Under the pieces are notes generated by a model. It was not told where the DNA came from, did not search any database, and saw nothing but the letters and a program-made list of their open reading frames with translations. From an uncultured Sediminibacterium sp. (lineage in GTDB: Bacteria > Bacteroidota > Bacteroidia > Chitinophagales > Chitinophagaceae), in contig CALDSE010000028.1 of assembly GCA_937911175.1 (NCBI GenBank), forward strand, positions 16,930 to 80,929: 64,000 nucleotides of DNA. Direction: 5' to 3'. Below, piece by piece: positions 26,050 through 35,174 of the stretch. How positions within the stretch are numbered: the first letter of the stretch is position 1; the number at the start of each line of letters is the position of its first letter. A program made the position numbers and the translations under genes.

Positions 26050-27291
26050 ATGCAAAAAACTAAATCAGACCTAATTCCTTTTATATTAATTACTTGCTTA
26101 TTTTTTTTATGGGGCTTTGCACATAATTTAGATCCTATTTTAATTCCCCATTTAAAAAAGTCATTTACCCTTACAACCACTCAATCTACCCTAGTTGACT
26201 CTTCGGTTTTTCTAGCCTACTTCTTTATGGCCTTGCCTGCTGGCTATATTATGAAAAGATGGGGCTATAAAACGGGTATCATTGCGGGCCTATTATTATT
26301 TGCGATAGGTTCATTTTTATTTGTACCGGCTGCTAATAACCAATCTTATAACTATTTCTTATTTGCTTTATTTGTAATTGCCTGTGGCTTAACCATATTA
26401 GAAACTGCCGCTAACCCCTACGCTTCCTCATTAGGCGACCCTAGTACTTCTACCCAAAGACTAAACCTAGCTCAATCCTTCAATGGCTTGGCGGCGGCCT
26501 TGGCACCTGCTATTGGCGCAAGAATCATATTAACCAAGGGCTATACCCCTGAAGAATTAGGTATGATGACTGCTGCTGCTCAAAAAGCAGCCCTGGCAGC
26601 AGAAGCCTATACGGTTAAAACACCTTATACTATTTTAGGTATCATTCTTTTATGTATAGCTTTTTTGTTTTTTAAAATTAAGCTACCCGATATAAGAGAA
26701 AAAAATGCGGCCAATCAAAATACAACTATATTAAATACATTTAGACATTCTCATTTAAGCTGGGCAGTGATAGCACAATTTTTTTATGTTGGTGCTCAGG
26801 TATGTGTGCTTAGTTTATTTATTTTATATGCTACAGCGTCGGCGCAAATTTCTGAAATACAAGCTGCCGATTATTTAAGTATGGGAGGCCTTGCTTTTTT
26901 AGTAGGCCGCTTTTTAGGTACGGCCTTAATGAAGTATTTTACGCCTCGTCATTTATTAACTTCCTTTGCAATTGTATGTGTGCTTTTATGTTTGGTAGCC
27001 ATTTTTGGTAAAGGAATGATGACTATTTATGCCTTAATAGGTATTTGCTTTTTTATGTCTATTATGTTTCCCACTATTTTTTCATTAGGTATACAGCAAC
27101 TGGGCCCAGATACCGAAATGGCTAGTAGTTTAATAGTTATGTCTATAGTAGGCGGTGCTGTTTTACCTCGCATTTTTGGATTAATTAGCGATGCTACAGG
27201 TAATATACAAATGGGTTATATAGTGCCACTAGTGGCTTTTGTGGTAGTAGCTTATTTTGGATGGAAGGGAAGCGTCATTAAAAAAGCCTAA
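26050..27291 (+). CDS. MFS sugar transporter, FucP/GluP (fucose or glucose/galactose:H+ symporter) family
   Basis: 12-TM profile. The N-terminal FFLWGFAHNLDPILIPHLKKSF matches the FucP/GluP signature block. Confidence 0.8.
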   Translation: MQKTKSDLIPFILITCLFFLWGFAHNLDPILIPHLKKSFTLTTTQSTLVDSSVFLAYFFMALPAGYIMKRWGYKTGIIAGLLLFAIGSFLFVPAANNQSYNYFLFALFVIACGLTILETAANPYASSLGDPSTSTQRLNLAQSFNGLAAALAPAIGARIILTKGYTPEELGMMTAAAQKAALAAEAYTVKTPYTILGIILLCIAFLFFKIKLPDIREKNAANQNTTILNTFRHSHLSWAVIAQFFYVGAQVCVLSLFILYATASAQISEIQAADYLSMGGLAFLVGRFLGTALMKYFTPRHLLTSFAIVCVLLCLVAIFGKGMMTIYALIGICFFMSIMFPTIFSLGIQQLGPDTEMASSLIVMSIVGGAVLPRIFGLISDATGNIQMGYIVPLVAFVVVAYFGWKGSVIKKA

Positions 27292-28559
27292 TGCTTATAT
27301 ACTTTTCCGTCTTTCATTACAAAGTCAACATTTTGTAAAGCAGAAATGTCTTTAGTAGGATCTTTTTTTAAGGCAATGATATCAGCAAAGCTACCTTCTT
27401 TAATCTCACCTATTTTTCCTTGCATGCCTAGTAGTTCTGCAGCAGTAGTAGTAGCAGTTTGAATAGCTTGCACAGGACTTAAGCCCCATTCAACAAAATA
27501 AGTGAAGTCTTTCGCTTGTGCTAAGTTCCAATCATAGCCACCAATATCGGTACCATAGGCTAATTTAACACCCATCTTCATTGCTTTTTTAAAGGTTGCT
27601 TGAATAGATTGTTGAAAATATAAATTAATAGGACTTCCTAATTTTGCTCTTCCTTCGGCAACAAATTCATTCACAAATATAGTAGGACACCAGAAAATTC
27701 CTTTCTCTGCCATCACACGCATACATTCCTCATCCATACCACTTCCATGTTCTATAGTAGAAGCACCTGCATTAATGGCGGCAAGAATTCCATCTCTGGT
27801 CATTGCATGTGCAGCTAATTTTTTTCTACTTAGAATGGTTTCATCTGCAATGGCTTTAAGCTCTTCAGTAGTAAAATTCGGAATAGATCTGAAAGAGCCG
27901 TCTGCTAATCTAATATAACCACGGTCTGCATAAACTTTAATCCAATCTGCGCCTTGTTCAATTTGTTGTCTTACTGCTCTTCTTGCTTCATCAGCACCCG
28001 TAATTTCAATTACCCCTTTTGGCAATTTTAATTCCCATGCATAATCAGATGCTTTTATAGGGTAATGGCCAGTAGTATTCATGCCTAGGGTAGAAACAAT
28101 CATTCTTGGTCCACTAATTACCCCTTTATTGATAGCTTTTTTTACATCTACATCAGCAAAACCCGCAGCTTCTGTGCCTAAATCACGAATAGTAGTAAAG
28201 CCATTCATTAAAGACTTCTCAGCACTTTTAGTAGCCCTGATGGTTCTATAAGGAATGGATTCTTTTAAAACTTGTACATCATAATCCTCAGAAGTGATAT
28301 CGCCTTGCAGTAGCACATGTGTATGACAATCAATCATACCAGGCATTACAAAGTAATTACTTAAATCAATAACAGAGTCGGCTGCACTAGCACTGCTACT
28401 TATTGAAACCACTTGATTGCCTTTAATAAGGATATTTTGTTTCTCAGCAACGATACCTGTTTTAGCATCTAATAATTTACCACATTTTATTAAAATAGTT
28501 TTTTGTGCATTGATGGTGGTGCAAAAAAAGAAGCTCAGCCCAAGAATTAAATTACGCAT
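27288..28559 (-). CDS. amidohydrolase family protein (metal-dependent, imidazolonepropionase/Xaa-Pro dipeptidase-like), secreted
   Basis: Has a signal peptide, the DCHTHV metal motif, and AHA / EHG / GTD blocks of the amidohydrolase TIM barrel. Confidence 0.8.
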   Translation of the reverse strand: MRNLILGLSFFFCTTINAQKTILIKCGKLLDAKTGIVAEKQNILIKGNQVVSISSSASAADSVIDLSNYFVMPGMIDCHTHVLLQGDITSEDYDVQVLKESIPYRTIRATKSAEKSLMNGFTTIRDLGTEAAGFADVDVKKAINKGVISGPRMIVSTLGMNTTGHYPIKASDYAWELKLPKGVIEITGADEARRAVRQQIEQGADWIKVYADRGYIRLADGSFRSIPNFTTEELKAIADETILSRKKLAAHAMTRDGILAAINAGASTIEHGSGMDEECMRVMAEKGIFWCPTIFVNEFVAEGRAKLGSPINLYFQQSIQATFKKAMKMGVKLAYGTDIGGYDWNLAQAKDFTYFVEWGLSPVQAIQTATTTAAELLGMQGKIGEIKEGSFADIIALKKDPTKDISALQNVDFVMKDGKVYKH

Positions 28560-28641
28560 CCTATATATTTTTAAGTTTAATATTAAAGTTTTAAGAGATT
28601 TATTCGCTCCTCTAAATGTATAAAACTTTTATTGAATAATT

Positions 28642-30084
28642 TTACTTAGAGCCCTGAATCAGTAATGTATAAAAACTAATACATTTTTGAAAATCAGTTA
28701 CTAATAATCTTTCATCAATACCATGATATCCTTTAGCATTGGTGATAGGTGTGAAATTAATAACCCCATCGCTTATCTCTCTGTAGTTTCTAGAATCGGT
28801 AGCACCTACCATTAACATAGGAGCAACAATTACATCATCTACTATCGCATTGATTACCTGCTCTACTCTTTTAAACGCCTTACTATTGATATCGGTTGTA
28901 GGTGAGGGCATAGTGCTATAATTACGGTAATAAGTAATTTTAATGTTTGTATCATTAATTGCTTTTTCTACATAGTTGTATACATCTTGCTGTGTTTCGC
29001 CGGGTAAGATTCTGCTATTTACATAGGCTGTGGCGAATGTTGGAATGACATTATCTCTAACGCCACTATTCACAATAGTAGGCACAATAGTGGTTCTTAC
29101 TAAAGCATTGGTAGAAGGCGCTTCAGATAAATTATTAATGACTTGAGTTTCAAATAACCACATATTAGAAAGCATCATTTTTTTCCAAAAATTATCGGTG
29201 TAACCACTCACTCTTTCTAAATAGGCTTTAATAGGAGGAATTATTTTTCCAGGCATTTGATTTTCTCTTAATTTATAAAGCCCCTTGCTCAACATATCAA
29301 TGACAGTTGTTTGTCCTGGAATAGAAGAGTGACCCCCTTCTTTTTGTGCCGTCAAAATTAAAGTGACATAGCCTTTCTCACCCACGCCAATAGAGGCAAT
29401 GGGTCTTTTAACATCTTTCATATCTTCTGTAGAAATTTCTCCTCCTTCGTCAACTACTAAATCAAATCTTTTATTAAGTGATTTAAAATATTTTACCATC
29501 GCTGTAGCCCCTTTGCCACTCGATTCTTCATCCGCACCAAAACATAATAAAATAGTTTGTTTAGGTTGAAAGCCTTTAGCTAATTGAGTTTCTGCTGCTT
29601 CTAAAATACCAATCATACTCGATTTATCATCTAGCACCCCTCTTCCCCATATATAACCTTCTTTTACTTCACCCCCATAAGGAACTGCATGCCATAACTT
29701 AACAGCAGAAGCTTCCACCGGCACTACATCATAATGTGCCATTAATACCATGGGAAGTAAACTTGTATCCGTTCCTTTCCATTCGTAGATATAATTAAAA
29801 CTATCTATAATAGTTCTAGGTAAATTTTTATGAATGAGTGGATAAGACCTTTCCATAAATTTTCGATAAGCAAAAAAGGTAGCCGTATCAAACTCATAAG
29901 CATCGTTAGGTGTTTCGGTTTGAAGCTGAATAGCTTCTGACATATGTGCAATGGCATTGGTAGGAATAGCTTCTAAGGGCGTACTTTTTTGATGCGCACC
30001 TGGGCTATTGGTAAAAGTTTTTACCAGTACTATTGTAAGTATTACAAGTAGTCCAATACCTAAGATGCTTAAAAACTTTTTCAT
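28642..30084 (-). CDS. M20/M25/M40 family metallopeptidase (carboxypeptidase S/PM20D1-like), membrane-anchored or secreted
   Basis: N-terminal TM/signal segment. Carries the AHYDVVP, RGVLDDKSS and GADEESSGKGA metal-ligand blocks. Confidence 0.8.
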   Translation of the reverse strand: MKKFLSILGIGLLVILTIVLVKTFTNSPGAHQKSTPLEAIPTNAIAHMSEAIQLQTETPNDAYEFDTATFFAYRKFMERSYPLIHKNLPRTIIDSFNYIYEWKGTDTSLLPMVLMAHYDVVPVEASAVKLWHAVPYGGEVKEGYIWGRGVLDDKSSMIGILEAAETQLAKGFQPKQTILLCFGADEESSGKGATAMVKYFKSLNKRFDLVVDEGGEISTEDMKDVKRPIASIGVGEKGYVTLILTAQKEGGHSSIPGQTTVIDMLSKGLYKLRENQMPGKIIPPIKAYLERVSGYTDNFWKKMMLSNMWLFETQVINNLSEAPSTNALVRTTIVPTIVNSGVRDNVIPTFATAYVNSRILPGETQQDVYNYVEKAINDTNIKITYYRNYSTMPSPTTDINSKAFKRVEQVINAIVDDVIVAPMLMVGATDSRNYREISDGVINFTPITNAKGYHGIDERLLVTDFQKCISFYTLLIQGSK

Positions 30085-30130
30085 ATAAATACGGTTTAAT
30101 TATATACTGTAATATACGAAAACTAAGCTA

Positions 30131-30165
30131 TAAAATAAAAGCGCCCCTATTTGATTAGGGACGCT
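30131..30165 (-). terminator. intrinsic terminator ending the ECF sigma operon
   Basis: Stem AGCGCCCCTA / TAGGGACGCT (one mismatch). The T-rich tract lies on the minus strand (plus-strand TAAAATAAAA at 30131-30140). Confidence 0.65.
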
Positions 30166-30198
30166 TTTATTCATTATTTCAGCTATCTATAGAAGGAC

Positions 30199-30702
30199 TT
30201 ACTCCTTATGTTCCCAGCCTCTTCTTTTGCTTACCTCATTTCGCATTTTATGTAGAAAGTCTCTTTCAACACGCAAGGCTTTATTCACTCTTTCTTCCGT
30301 TTTTAATACTGGTAGTAAATCGGCTTTGTATTTTTTTCTAGCATTTAACATGGCTTCTTGCAAAAGAATTTCATCACTCATCTTAGTTTTTATAATTTCT
30401 TGCATTGCTTTTTTATGCGCTTCATGGACTGGCCAAAACCCTTCTGCTTCTCTTGAGCTAAGTTCTAAATTCTTGGTAATAAATTGAATTTTAAACATTT
30501 CAATTTTTTCTCTTTGTTCGGGTCTCATTTTTTCACCCTTTCTTGGGCCAGGCCCACGATGGTCTCTTCCACGATGGTCGCCTCTTTCATCCTCTCTTGG
30601 TGGAGGCGGAGGTGGTCCTTGTCTTCTATCTGTATTAGGCTGCGCCATTACAGATGCATGTATAATCATACCCATCAAAAGAAAGTAAATTATTTTTTTC
30701 AT
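30199..30702 (-). CDS. periplasmic helical protein of ECF operon (Spy/CpxP-like?), with Pro/Arg/His/Gly low-complexity segment
   Basis: Signal peptide followed by QGPPPPPPREDERGDHRGRDHRGPGPRKGE, then a helical region. Its ATGA overlap with the upstream gene suggests coupling. Confidence 0.6.
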   Translation of the reverse strand: MKKIIYFLLMGMIIHASVMAQPNTDRRQGPPPPPPREDERGDHRGRDHRGPGPRKGEKMRPEQREKIEMFKIQFITKNLELSSREAEGFWPVHEAHKKAMQEIIKTKMSDEILLQEAMLNARKKYKADLLPVLKTEERVNKALRVERDFLHKMRNEVSKRRGWEHKE

Positions 30703-31223
30703 TGAGTTATTATTTTTTGAATTTCTTCAATTTGTTTTTCATCTAAACTTGAAAGCTTTGAATTTTCTTTTTGCATTTGTGCTTGTACATCTATCTCTGC
30801 TATCCATTCATTAGCATCAACATAAGATTCTATTTCTTCATTACTAAGTTCCTGTATTGAAATATCGTTAGCTACAATGCCTGCCTGCGTTTTTTTAGAA
30901 ACCGAATTATTTAAAAATATAAATGAACCGCCCACTACAATAATAAATGCTGCTGCAATAGCTAACCTATTTAAAGGTTGCATAAAGGAAGGCAAGAAAA
31001 ATATTTTTGCATTCTTCTTTTCTAATTTTTGTCTTTTTTCAGATTCAATCCTGTTCATTAATTGATCCGGGAAAGATTCAAAATAATTTAAAGGTGCCTC
31101 TGTTGTAGACAAGTTAAATTGGCTTAAATTTTGTTTATTCAACAAGCTTTCTGCCCAGGCTCTGTCTTGTTCTAAGCTATTGCCTATATTATCTTGATGA
31201 TTTAATTCTTTATCCTTTTCCAT
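30699..31223 (-). CDS. putative anti-sigma factor (single-pass membrane protein)
   Basis: Sits immediately downstream of the ECF sigma gene. One TM segment (LAIAAAFIIVVGGSFIFL). No enzymatic motif. Confidence 0.55.
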   Translation of the reverse strand: MEKDKELNHQDNIGNSLEQDRAWAESLLNKQNLSQFNLSTTEAPLNYFESFPDQLMNRIESEKRQKLEKKNAKIFFLPSFMQPLNRLAIAAAFIIVVGGSFIFLNNSVSKKTQAGIVANDISIQELSNEEIESYVDANEWIAEIDVQAQMQKENSKLSSLDEKQIEEIQKIITQ

Positions 31224-31256
31224 ATCCTTATTTTGACTATTTTTTATACTATAAGT

Positions 31257-31799
31257 TTAAAGCTGCTTAATAAAACTCTCTACTTTTTTCACTGCCTGGT
31301 GATAATTGGCCTTCGCACCCCCAATCGTTGTTCCAACAATGGATGCAATTTTCTCATAATCATAGCCCTCGTAATAACGCAACATAAACACAACCTTTTG
31401 TTTTTCAGGCAGTTGGCTAATAGCACGGTCTAGTCTAATTTGAATTTCAGTACTTTTGGGGCTATCAGTGCTAGCCGTAGCGTTCTCATAGTCCAATATG
31501 TCGCTACTAGAGTGGCTGGTACCCTGTTTCTTCTGCTTTTGTATATAATTCAAGGTCTCATTATAGGCAATTCTGAATAGCCAGGTACTGAATTCACTTT
31601 CCATCTTAAAGCCATCTAATTTATCCCAAATTTTTATCCAAACTTGCTGCGCAATGTCATCTGCGTCTGCATGGTCGGTGACTATTCTCTTAATTTGGTA
31701 ATAAACTTTTTGTTGGTGTTTGTTCAGAAGGGCAGTGAAATTGGCTTCTCTATTGATAGATGCTTGAAACTGAATAATAAGTTCTTGATCACTTGCCAT
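31257..31799 (-). CDS. RNA polymerase ECF-type sigma-70 factor
   Basis: Region 2 (DADDIAQQVWIKIW...FSTWLFRIAYN) and region 4 HTH (LPEKQKVVFMLRYYEGYDYEKIASIVGTTIGGAKANYHQAVKKV). Confidence 0.9.
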   Translation of the reverse strand: MASDQELIIQFQASINREANFTALLNKHQQKVYYQIKRIVTDHADADDIAQQVWIKIWDKLDGFKMESEFSTWLFRIAYNETLNYIQKQKKQGTSHSSSDILDYENATASTDSPKSTEIQIRLDRAISQLPEKQKVVFMLRYYEGYDYEKIASIVGTTIGGAKANYHQAVKKVESFIKQL

Positions 31800-31905
31800 A
31801 ATAAGCTAATGTAACAAAAAGTTTTAGGAATTAGCCTATTTTGACTATTTTGTCTTGCTTTAATTGAATATCTTTTAAAGTATTACTTAGTTTAAAAATT
31901 AACTT

Positions 31906-33201
31906 ATGAAGCATTTAAAAATTTGTTTGCTATTACTAGCGGTAGGGCTTGCTGGAAAATCTTGGAGCCAAGATTTATTAAACACAATTTCAAAAGCCGA
32001 AACAGAACGCATTGAAAAATATTTAGCCTCAGATGAATTAGAAGGGCGTAAAACATTTAGCAAGGGTATTGATAAGGCTGCTGCTTTTATTGCCAATGAA
32101 TTTGCGCAAGCAGGCCTAGCTACTTTTAAAAATAGTGCTAGTTATTTACAATCATTTTCAAGAATGTCTGCGAAGTTTATTAGTGCCTCAGGCAATTTTG
32201 ATGGCAATGCCTTAGATCAAAAAAATATAATAGTGGTAACACCTCAGGCAAACTTTTCAATTACAGAAGCCAGTGGGTATGAGGTAGTGAAAATAAATAA
32301 AGAAGATAATTTAGGAATAGCTATTAGAAAATATATGGGCGCTAATAAAAATTATTTAATACTAGTAGATGAATCTTTTGCGCAAAACTTTAGTCGCTTA
32401 ACTAGCTTGAAATCAAATTTAACGGAGAATCAAAAATCGCTGGTATTTGTTTTAACTACTGTAACCCCTACAAAGTTTACTATTGAGGCTAGTCATAAAA
32501 TTGAAAATTTGTCTTTAGCGAATGTAGTAGCAGTTATACCAGGTAAGTCGCTTGCTAATGAATATGTAATTTTTTCTGGGCACTATGATCATTTAGGCAT
32601 TAATAGTGCAAGAGCGGTGAATGGCGATAGTATTTATAATGGTGCCAACGATGATGCAGCAGGTACAACCGCTATGATTATACTTTCAAAGTATTTTAAA
32701 AAATTAAATAACAATGAACGTACTTTAATTTTTGCAGCCTTCACGGCAGAAGAAGTGGGAGGTTTTGGTGCGCAGTATTTTTCAAAGCAGTTCGATCCTC
32801 TGACAGTGAAAGCTATGTTTAATATAGAGATGATTGGAACAGAAAGTAAGTGGGGTAGAAACAGCGCTTATATTACTGGTTATGAAAAAACAGATATGGG
32901 CGCCATTTTACAAAAGAATTTAGCGGGCTCTGGCTTTACATTTTATCCGGATCCTTACACGGATCAAAACTTATTTTATAGATCAGACAACGCTACGCTA
33001 GCCCGTTTAGGTGTGCCTGCGCATACTATCTCTACTTCTAAAATGGATAGCGAACCAAATTATCATAAGCCTAGCGATGAATTTCAAACTTTGGATATGG
33101 ATAATATGAATGAAATTATTAAGGCTATTGCAAAAAGTGCGCAGTCAATTATAGCAGGGAAGGATACCCCTACCAGAGTTGACACCACACAATTAAAATA
33201 A
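31906..33201 (+). CDS. M28 family peptidase, secreted
   Basis: Has a signal peptide and the M28 zinc-ligand blocks GHYDHLG, GANDDAAGTTAM and AEEVGGFGA. Confidence 0.85.
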   Translation: MKHLKICLLLLAVGLAGKSWSQDLLNTISKAETERIEKYLASDELEGRKTFSKGIDKAAAFIANEFAQAGLATFKNSASYLQSFSRMSAKFISASGNFDGNALDQKNIIVVTPQANFSITEASGYEVVKINKEDNLGIAIRKYMGANKNYLILVDESFAQNFSRLTSLKSNLTENQKSLVFVLTTVTPTKFTIEASHKIENLSLANVVAVIPGKSLANEYVIFSGHYDHLGINSARAVNGDSIYNGANDDAAGTTAMIILSKYFKKLNNNERTLIFAAFTAEEVGGFGAQYFSKQFDPLTVKAMFNIEMIGTESKWGRNSAYITGYEKTDMGAILQKNLAGSGFTFYPDPYTDQNLFYRSDNATLARLGVPAHTISTSKMDSEPNYHKPSDEFQTLDMDNMNEIIKAIAKSAQSIIAGKDTPTRVDTTQLK

Positions 33202-33249
33202 AAGGTTCACTTATTAAAATAAAGGCTTACTTATTTAAATATACTTTGT

Positions 33250-33702
33250 ATGATAAAATCTAAGATGATAAAAAAAATAGTACTTACCATTTTTACAAGT
33301 ATGCTTATTCTAAATAGCTATGCACAAGATACTACTGGAGTGAAAAAAGTGATTGAAAATATGTTTATTGCTATGAAAAATAGCGACACCGTATTACTCA
33401 GATCTTGTTTTTCAGCAAATGCGGTTGTTCAAACCATTCAATCAAGCGAGGCTGGGGCTGTGGTGAAAGAGGCTAGCGTGCAAGCTTTTATTAATAGCGT
33501 GGGAAAACAACCTATTGGCGCCTTAGATGAAAGAATTGTTTTTGATAAAATATTAATCAATAAAGAATTAGCAAGTGTATGGACGCCTTATCAATTGTAT
33601 GTTAAAGAGAAATACATACATCAGGGGGTCAATTCTTTTCAAGTAGTTCGTACAAAAGAGGGTTGGAAAATTCAATACTTAATAGATACGCGTTATCCCT
33701 AA
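33250..33702 (+). CDS. NTF2-like (SnoaL/lumazine-binding-like) small secreted protein
   Basis: 150 aa with a signal peptide. The pattern VIENMFIAMKNSD...SFQVVRTKEGWKIQYLIDT is typical of the NTF2-like fold. Confidence 0.5.
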   Translation: MIKSKMIKKIVLTIFTSMLILNSYAQDTTGVKKVIENMFIAMKNSDTVLLRSCFSANAVVQTIQSSEAGAVVKEASVQAFINSVGKQPIGALDERIVFDKILINKELASVWTPYQLYVKEKYIHQGVNSFQVVRTKEGWKIQYLIDTRYP

Positions 33703-33735
33703 AACACTTAGGTATTTTTATAAACTAAAGTTTAT

Positions 33736-34227
33736 TTAGATTGTTTCGAATTCACCTTTATCGGTATTCTTTTTAACTTTATCTGCTTCAAATATTTTTC
33801 CATTGATGGCAATATATACGCCAGGGCTTACTACTTGCACGAAGGCGAGGGCGCTTCCTAAATTAAATAATCCATCAGAGCTACCAAACTTATAAGGCAC
33901 CATGGCGCCTGTAATTACTATAGTTTTGCCTTTGCAATGCTTTGCTAAATAAGACGCAGTGAGGGTCATGGTATCAGTGCCATGGGTAATTAAAATTTTA
34001 TCTTCTTTAATTTCATTACAGGCTGTAGCAATCATTTGTCTGTCAGCTTCAATAAAGTCTAGGCTATCTTTCATCATGAGTGTCGTAATGGATAGATCTA
34101 GTTTACTTCTACCTAATTGCAACATTTCATGTAAATGTGTTTCTTTAAAAAATAAACTACCGCTTATCTCATTATACTCTTTATCAAAAGTACCCCCTGT
34201 AACAAAAACTTTAATGGTGATTGACAT
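33736..34227 (-). CDS. asparaginase N-terminal-domain-only protein
   Basis: Asparaginase signatures VTGGTFDK (TGGT) and ITHGTDTM. At 163 aa it lacks the C-terminal domain. Confidence 0.75.
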   Translation of the reverse strand: MSITIKVFVTGGTFDKEYNEISGSLFFKETHLHEMLQLGRSKLDLSITTLMMKDSLDFIEADRQMIATACNEIKEDKILITHGTDTMTLTASYLAKHCKGKTIVITGAMVPYKFGSSDGLFNLGSALAFVQVVSPGVYIAINGKIFEADKVKKNTDKGEFETI

Positions 34228-34232
34228 AGAAA

Positions 34233-35111
34233 TTATTTTTGATGAAAGCTATCGCCAATGAAAGATAAAGCGTCTATAATACCTGTTCTCCAATAGGTCC
34301 AATTATGGGCGCCGTCTCTCATTCTAAATTCGTGAGGAACATTTTTATTAGTGAGTGCTATATGTAATTGGGCATTGCCAATAGTTAAAAAATCGTCGTC
34401 GCCGCAATCAATCCAATACCTGACTGCGGATAATTCTTCCTTGGTCTTTTTTTCAATAATGGCTAAGGGGCTATTACTTAACCAGGCTGGGGTTAAACGA
34501 TCTTTTCCTTTTAAATTTTTACCCATGGAATTTCCAAACAAACCATTGAACATACCCTCGTCAAGATTAATAATATCATTGTCTGTCCAAACAGCCGCAC
34601 TAAGTGGTGCAGACGCTACAAATAAATTGGGGTATTTAAGGGCGTATAATAAAGAACCGTAACCACCCATGGAAAGCCCTGCAATACCTCTAAATCTTCT
34701 CTCTGCCTTTACCTTATAGGTTTTTTCAATATGCGGAATGAGTTCTTTGATAAAAAAGTCCTCGTAATTTAACTTACCATCTGCTCCATTAATATAAAAA
34801 CTTGTAAAGCCATCGGGGGTTACAATAATCATAGGCGGAATTTTACCGGCCTTGATGGCGTCATCCGCTAAGCGGTTCACTTCACCAAACTGAATCCAGC
34901 CATCATCGGCATCGCCATAACCATGTAATAAATAAGTGACAGGATAAGCGCGCTCGCTTGTGTAATAATCGCTTGGTAAAAAAATTGAATAATGTACTTC
35001 TTTATTAAGGATAGTACTTTTAATGACTTGTTTTTCTTTTACAAAACCTTGTGCAAAACTGCCAATGACAAACGTGCAAACAAATAGCAGTATTAATTGT
35101 ACCTTTTTCAT
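34233..35111 (-). CDS. alpha/beta hydrolase, putative esterase family (esterase D/CE1-like), secreted
   Basis: Has a signal peptide, the YLLHGYGD block and the nucleophile elbow GLSMGG. Confidence 0.8.
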   Translation of the reverse strand: MKKVQLILLFVCTFVIGSFAQGFVKEKQVIKSTILNKEVHYSIFLPSDYYTSERAYPVTYLLHGYGDADDGWIQFGEVNRLADDAIKAGKIPPMIIVTPDGFTSFYINGADGKLNYEDFFIKELIPHIEKTYKVKAERRFRGIAGLSMGGYGSLLYALKYPNLFVASAPLSAAVWTDNDIINLDEGMFNGLFGNSMGKNLKGKDRLTPAWLSNSPLAIIEKKTKEELSAVRYWIDCGDDDFLTIGNAQLHIALTNKNVPHEFRMRDGAHNWTYWRTGIIDALSFIGDSFHQK

Positions 35112-35174
35112 AATAACTTATTTATAAGTCTAAGATACAAAAAACAAAGCGCTGATAAAAGAATGTTTTATGAA

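Noticed and set aside
25890-26180. 96-aa minus-strand ORF overlapping the start of the MFS sugar transporter
   Set aside because: It overlaps a well-supported transporter N-terminus. It is basic and low-complexity, and has no recognisable motif. It is likely a spurious extension of the intergenic region.
30227-30705. Two plus-strand ORFs (86 and 73 aa) opposite the ECF-operon periplasmic protein
   Set aside because: They are antisense to a gene that sits in a coherent, translationally coupled operon. Their sequences are low-complexity Ser/Phe/Leu-rich, as expected for antisense frames.
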